Below are positions 35,203-36,628 of a stretch of DNA of 36,628 bases, one piece after another. This stretch comes from a virus (taxonomy: Duplodnaviria > Caudoviricetes): the IMG/VR virus record IMGVR_UViG_3300033569_000053, positions 1 through 36,628 of that record. One strand, given 5' to 3'. The notes below the pieces were generated by a model. That model was not told the DNA's origin, did not search any database, and saw only the letters and a list, made by a program, of their open reading frames with translations. Both the position numbers and the translations under genes were made by a program. Position 1 is the stretch's first letter, and each line of letters opens with the position of its first letter.

Positions 35203-36151
35203 TGGGCAGTAGTTTTTTAAGAAGGTTACGGGAATTGCAATGAATAGACCAGCCGCGGTAAGATGCCAGCGATGGCCGGCGGATGCCTTTGGCCACCTTG
35301 CGGGCAAAGTTTTGCTTGATGCTTTTGCGCAGCAGGGTATGCGTACCAAAGAAACGGTAGCCTAAAAAATCGATGCCGCGGATCTCCACCGGGAATACCT
35401 GGTGATTTCCTTTGATGACCAGGTTAAGCTTGGTGGACAGGTGATCTCTGATCTGCAGGAAAAGGTTGTGCAGGTAGGGTTTTTCCGGCGCCAGGATAAC
35501 GATATCATCAGCATACCGGAAATAATGTTTTACCCGCAGCTCTTCCTTGATCCAATGATCGAAATAGCTGAGATAGAAACTAGCCAGGTACTGGCTGAGA
35601 TAATTGCCGATGGGCAAACCTGGAGCACTGTCGATGATGCCATCGAGCAACCACAGCAGATCCTCGTCCTTGAACTTCCGGCGCAGCAGCTGCTTCAATA
35701 CCCGGTGATCAATGGATGGATAGAACTTCTTTATATCAAGCTTTAGGCAATACCGGGTAACGGCCGGATCCTGCAGAGCCTCCTTCATGGCCCGGACAGC
35801 AGCATGGATGCCTTTGCCCTTGATACAGGAATAAGTATCGGCAGTGAAGGTGGCCATGAAGATGGGCTCCAATACATTCATCACCGCATGGTGAACGATG
35901 CGATCGGGGAAATAAGGTAGCCGGAATATCTCGCGTTCCTTTGGTTCGTAAATGGTGAAAGTGCTGTAAGGCGATGTGCGGTAGGTTTTATTGACCAGCA
36001 TTTCATGCAGGGCCAGGATATTCGCCTCCCGGTTTTTATCATGAGCAATAACGCCATACTGCTTAGCCTTACCCTTGCGGGCAATGGCATCGGCCAGGTG
36101 CAGATTATCAATGCTGCAGATCTGTTGGTATAGGTTGTTTATTCGTTTCAT
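35189..36151 (-). CDS. DGR reverse transcriptase
   Basis: PKER...DRIVHHA, LKLDIKKFYPSIDH, DGR-type GLPIGNYLSQ, catalytic YADD, GIDFLGY; 320 aa with no maturase or endonuclease domain; TR adjacent. Confidence 0.96.
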   Translation of the reverse strand: MKRINNLYQQICSIDNLHLADAIARKGKAKQYGVIAHDKNREANILALHEMLVNKTYRTSPYSTFTIYEPKEREIFRLPYFPDRIVHHAVMNVLEPIFMATFTADTYSCIKGKGIHAAVRAMKEALQDPAVTRYCLKLDIKKFYPSIDHRVLKQLLRRKFKDEDLLWLLDGIIDSAPGLPIGNYLSQYLASFYLSYFDHWIKEELRVKHYFRYADDIVILAPEKPYLHNLFLQIRDHLSTKLNLVIKGNHQVFPVEIRGIDFLGYRFFGTHTLLRKSIKQNFARKVAKGIRRPSLASYRGWSIHCNSRNLLKKLLPNAPI

Positions 36152-36363
36152 CGCCTTTGCTTTTTAAAAGTCGCCTTTGCACATTCAGCGCTACCAACGC
36201 CTTTTTAAAATGAGTCTTTTTTTGCCAAGTGGCAGGGCCTGCGCTATTCTTGTTTTGCATAGGTGGGAGCTGACATTCGTATTCGAGTTCCAGTTATCGT
36301 AGTCGTTGTACGACAGGCCCGAGCCTGACACTGAACACAACAGCACCATCACAGCGCACAGCC
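36152..36363 (-). ncRNA. DGR template RNA region (leader, TR and spacer)
   Basis: Non-coding gap between target C and the RT. The leader (36351-36363) is complementary to 36236-36247, and a TGCC-ACTT-GGCA hairpin lies at 36223-36234. Confidence 0.7.
36257..36328 (-). repeat. DGR template repeat (TR)
   Basis: TCAGGCTCGGGCCTGTCGTACAACGACTACGATAACTGGAACTCGAATACGAATGTCAGCTCCCACCTATGC; AAC/AAT-rich with 19 adenines; differs from the three VRs only at A. Confidence 0.96.
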
Positions 36364-36370
36364 TTATTTT

Positions 36371-36628
36371 TTACTGCAGCAGGAAATACTGCTCGTACAG
36401 TTTTTTGAACTTCGTGCTGGCGTACTTAGCGATCTCTTCGCTTTTGTAGCAAAGGCGGGAGCCGACATCCGTACCCGAGCGCCAGCTAACGTAGCCGTCG
36501 TACGACAGGCCCGAGCCCGACGGCTTTTTAGGACTGGTGATCACTTTGAACCATGGTGTATATTTCCATTGGTTGATGTCGCTCCAGTTTGGTTTCCATC
36601 CATCGTTCAATGCCTCGGCAATGATGAC
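36371..36628 (-). CDS. DGR target protein C, 3' part (starts at position 253 across the junction)
   Basis: ...ALNDGWKPNWSDINQWKYTPWF...SGSGLSYDGYVSWRSGTDVGSRLCYKSEE...; contains the VR at 36449-36520. Confidence 0.9.
   Translation of the reverse strand, partial: VIIAEALNDGWKPNWSDINQWKYTPWFKVITSPKKPSGSGLSYDGYVSWRSGTDVGSRLCYKSEEIAKYASTKFKKLYEQYFLLQ
36449..36520 (-). repeat. DGR variable region VR-C
   Basis: 72 nt aligned to the TR with 13 mismatches, all at TR adenines (for example AAC>CGC, AAT>GGT, GAT>GTT). Confidence 0.95.
36502..36628. repeat. Terminal direct repeat (right copy); circular-assembly overlap
   Basis: Identical to 1-127. Confidence 0.95.

Noticed and set aside
68-35746. Numerous plus-strand ORFs antisense to the minus-strand genes (for example 17509..18315, 24202..24789, 28617..29231)
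   Set aside because: They are shadow frames of well-supported genes and have no recognisable motifs.
35189-36151. RT as a group II intron, retron or Abi RT
   Set aside because: It is short, has no maturase or endonuclease domain, carries GxxxSQ, and has an adjacent TR with A-only mismatches to the VRs.
36502-36628. 127-bp terminal repeat as a biological DTR or a fourth VR copy
   Set aside because: It is an exact duplicate of a typical k-mer length and cuts through a gene that reads in frame across the join, so it is best explained as assembly overlap.

Overview
This window looks like a complete circular temperate dsDNA phage genome of 36,501 bp. Bases 1-127 repeat exactly at 36502-36628, consistent with an assembly overlap. 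Promoter motifs (TAnnTTTG) and protein families point to a Bacteroidota host, which is an inference. Modules: (i) a lysogeny switch with divergent Cro-like and CI-like HTH genes, a DUF4468-like secreted protein, a candidate attP with 3+2 GTGTCAAA arm repeats, and a tyrosine integrase; (ii) a minus-strand early/replication operon with a DnaG-type primase, C5-cytosine MTase, HNH protein, N6A/N4C MTase and P-loop helicase, followed by an iteron origin; (iii) a diversity-generating retroelement (DGR) spanning the contig junction; (iv) late genes for tail, lysis, S49 protease, capsid, tail tube, tape measure, portal, adaptor and terminase, with four copies of a phage-specific promoter motif. The standout is the DGR. 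One 72-nt template repeat (36257-36328) matches three variable regions (866-937, 359-427, 36449-36520), with 13, 15 and 13 mismatches, all at template adenines. The targets are three tandem, small (123-167 aa) paralogous proteins in the early operon, apparently cytoplasmic and not tail fibres. No avd gene is evident, and a 100-aa ORF overlapping the RT end is a candidate accessory factor. Protein family calls come from motif recognition by eye, not database searches.
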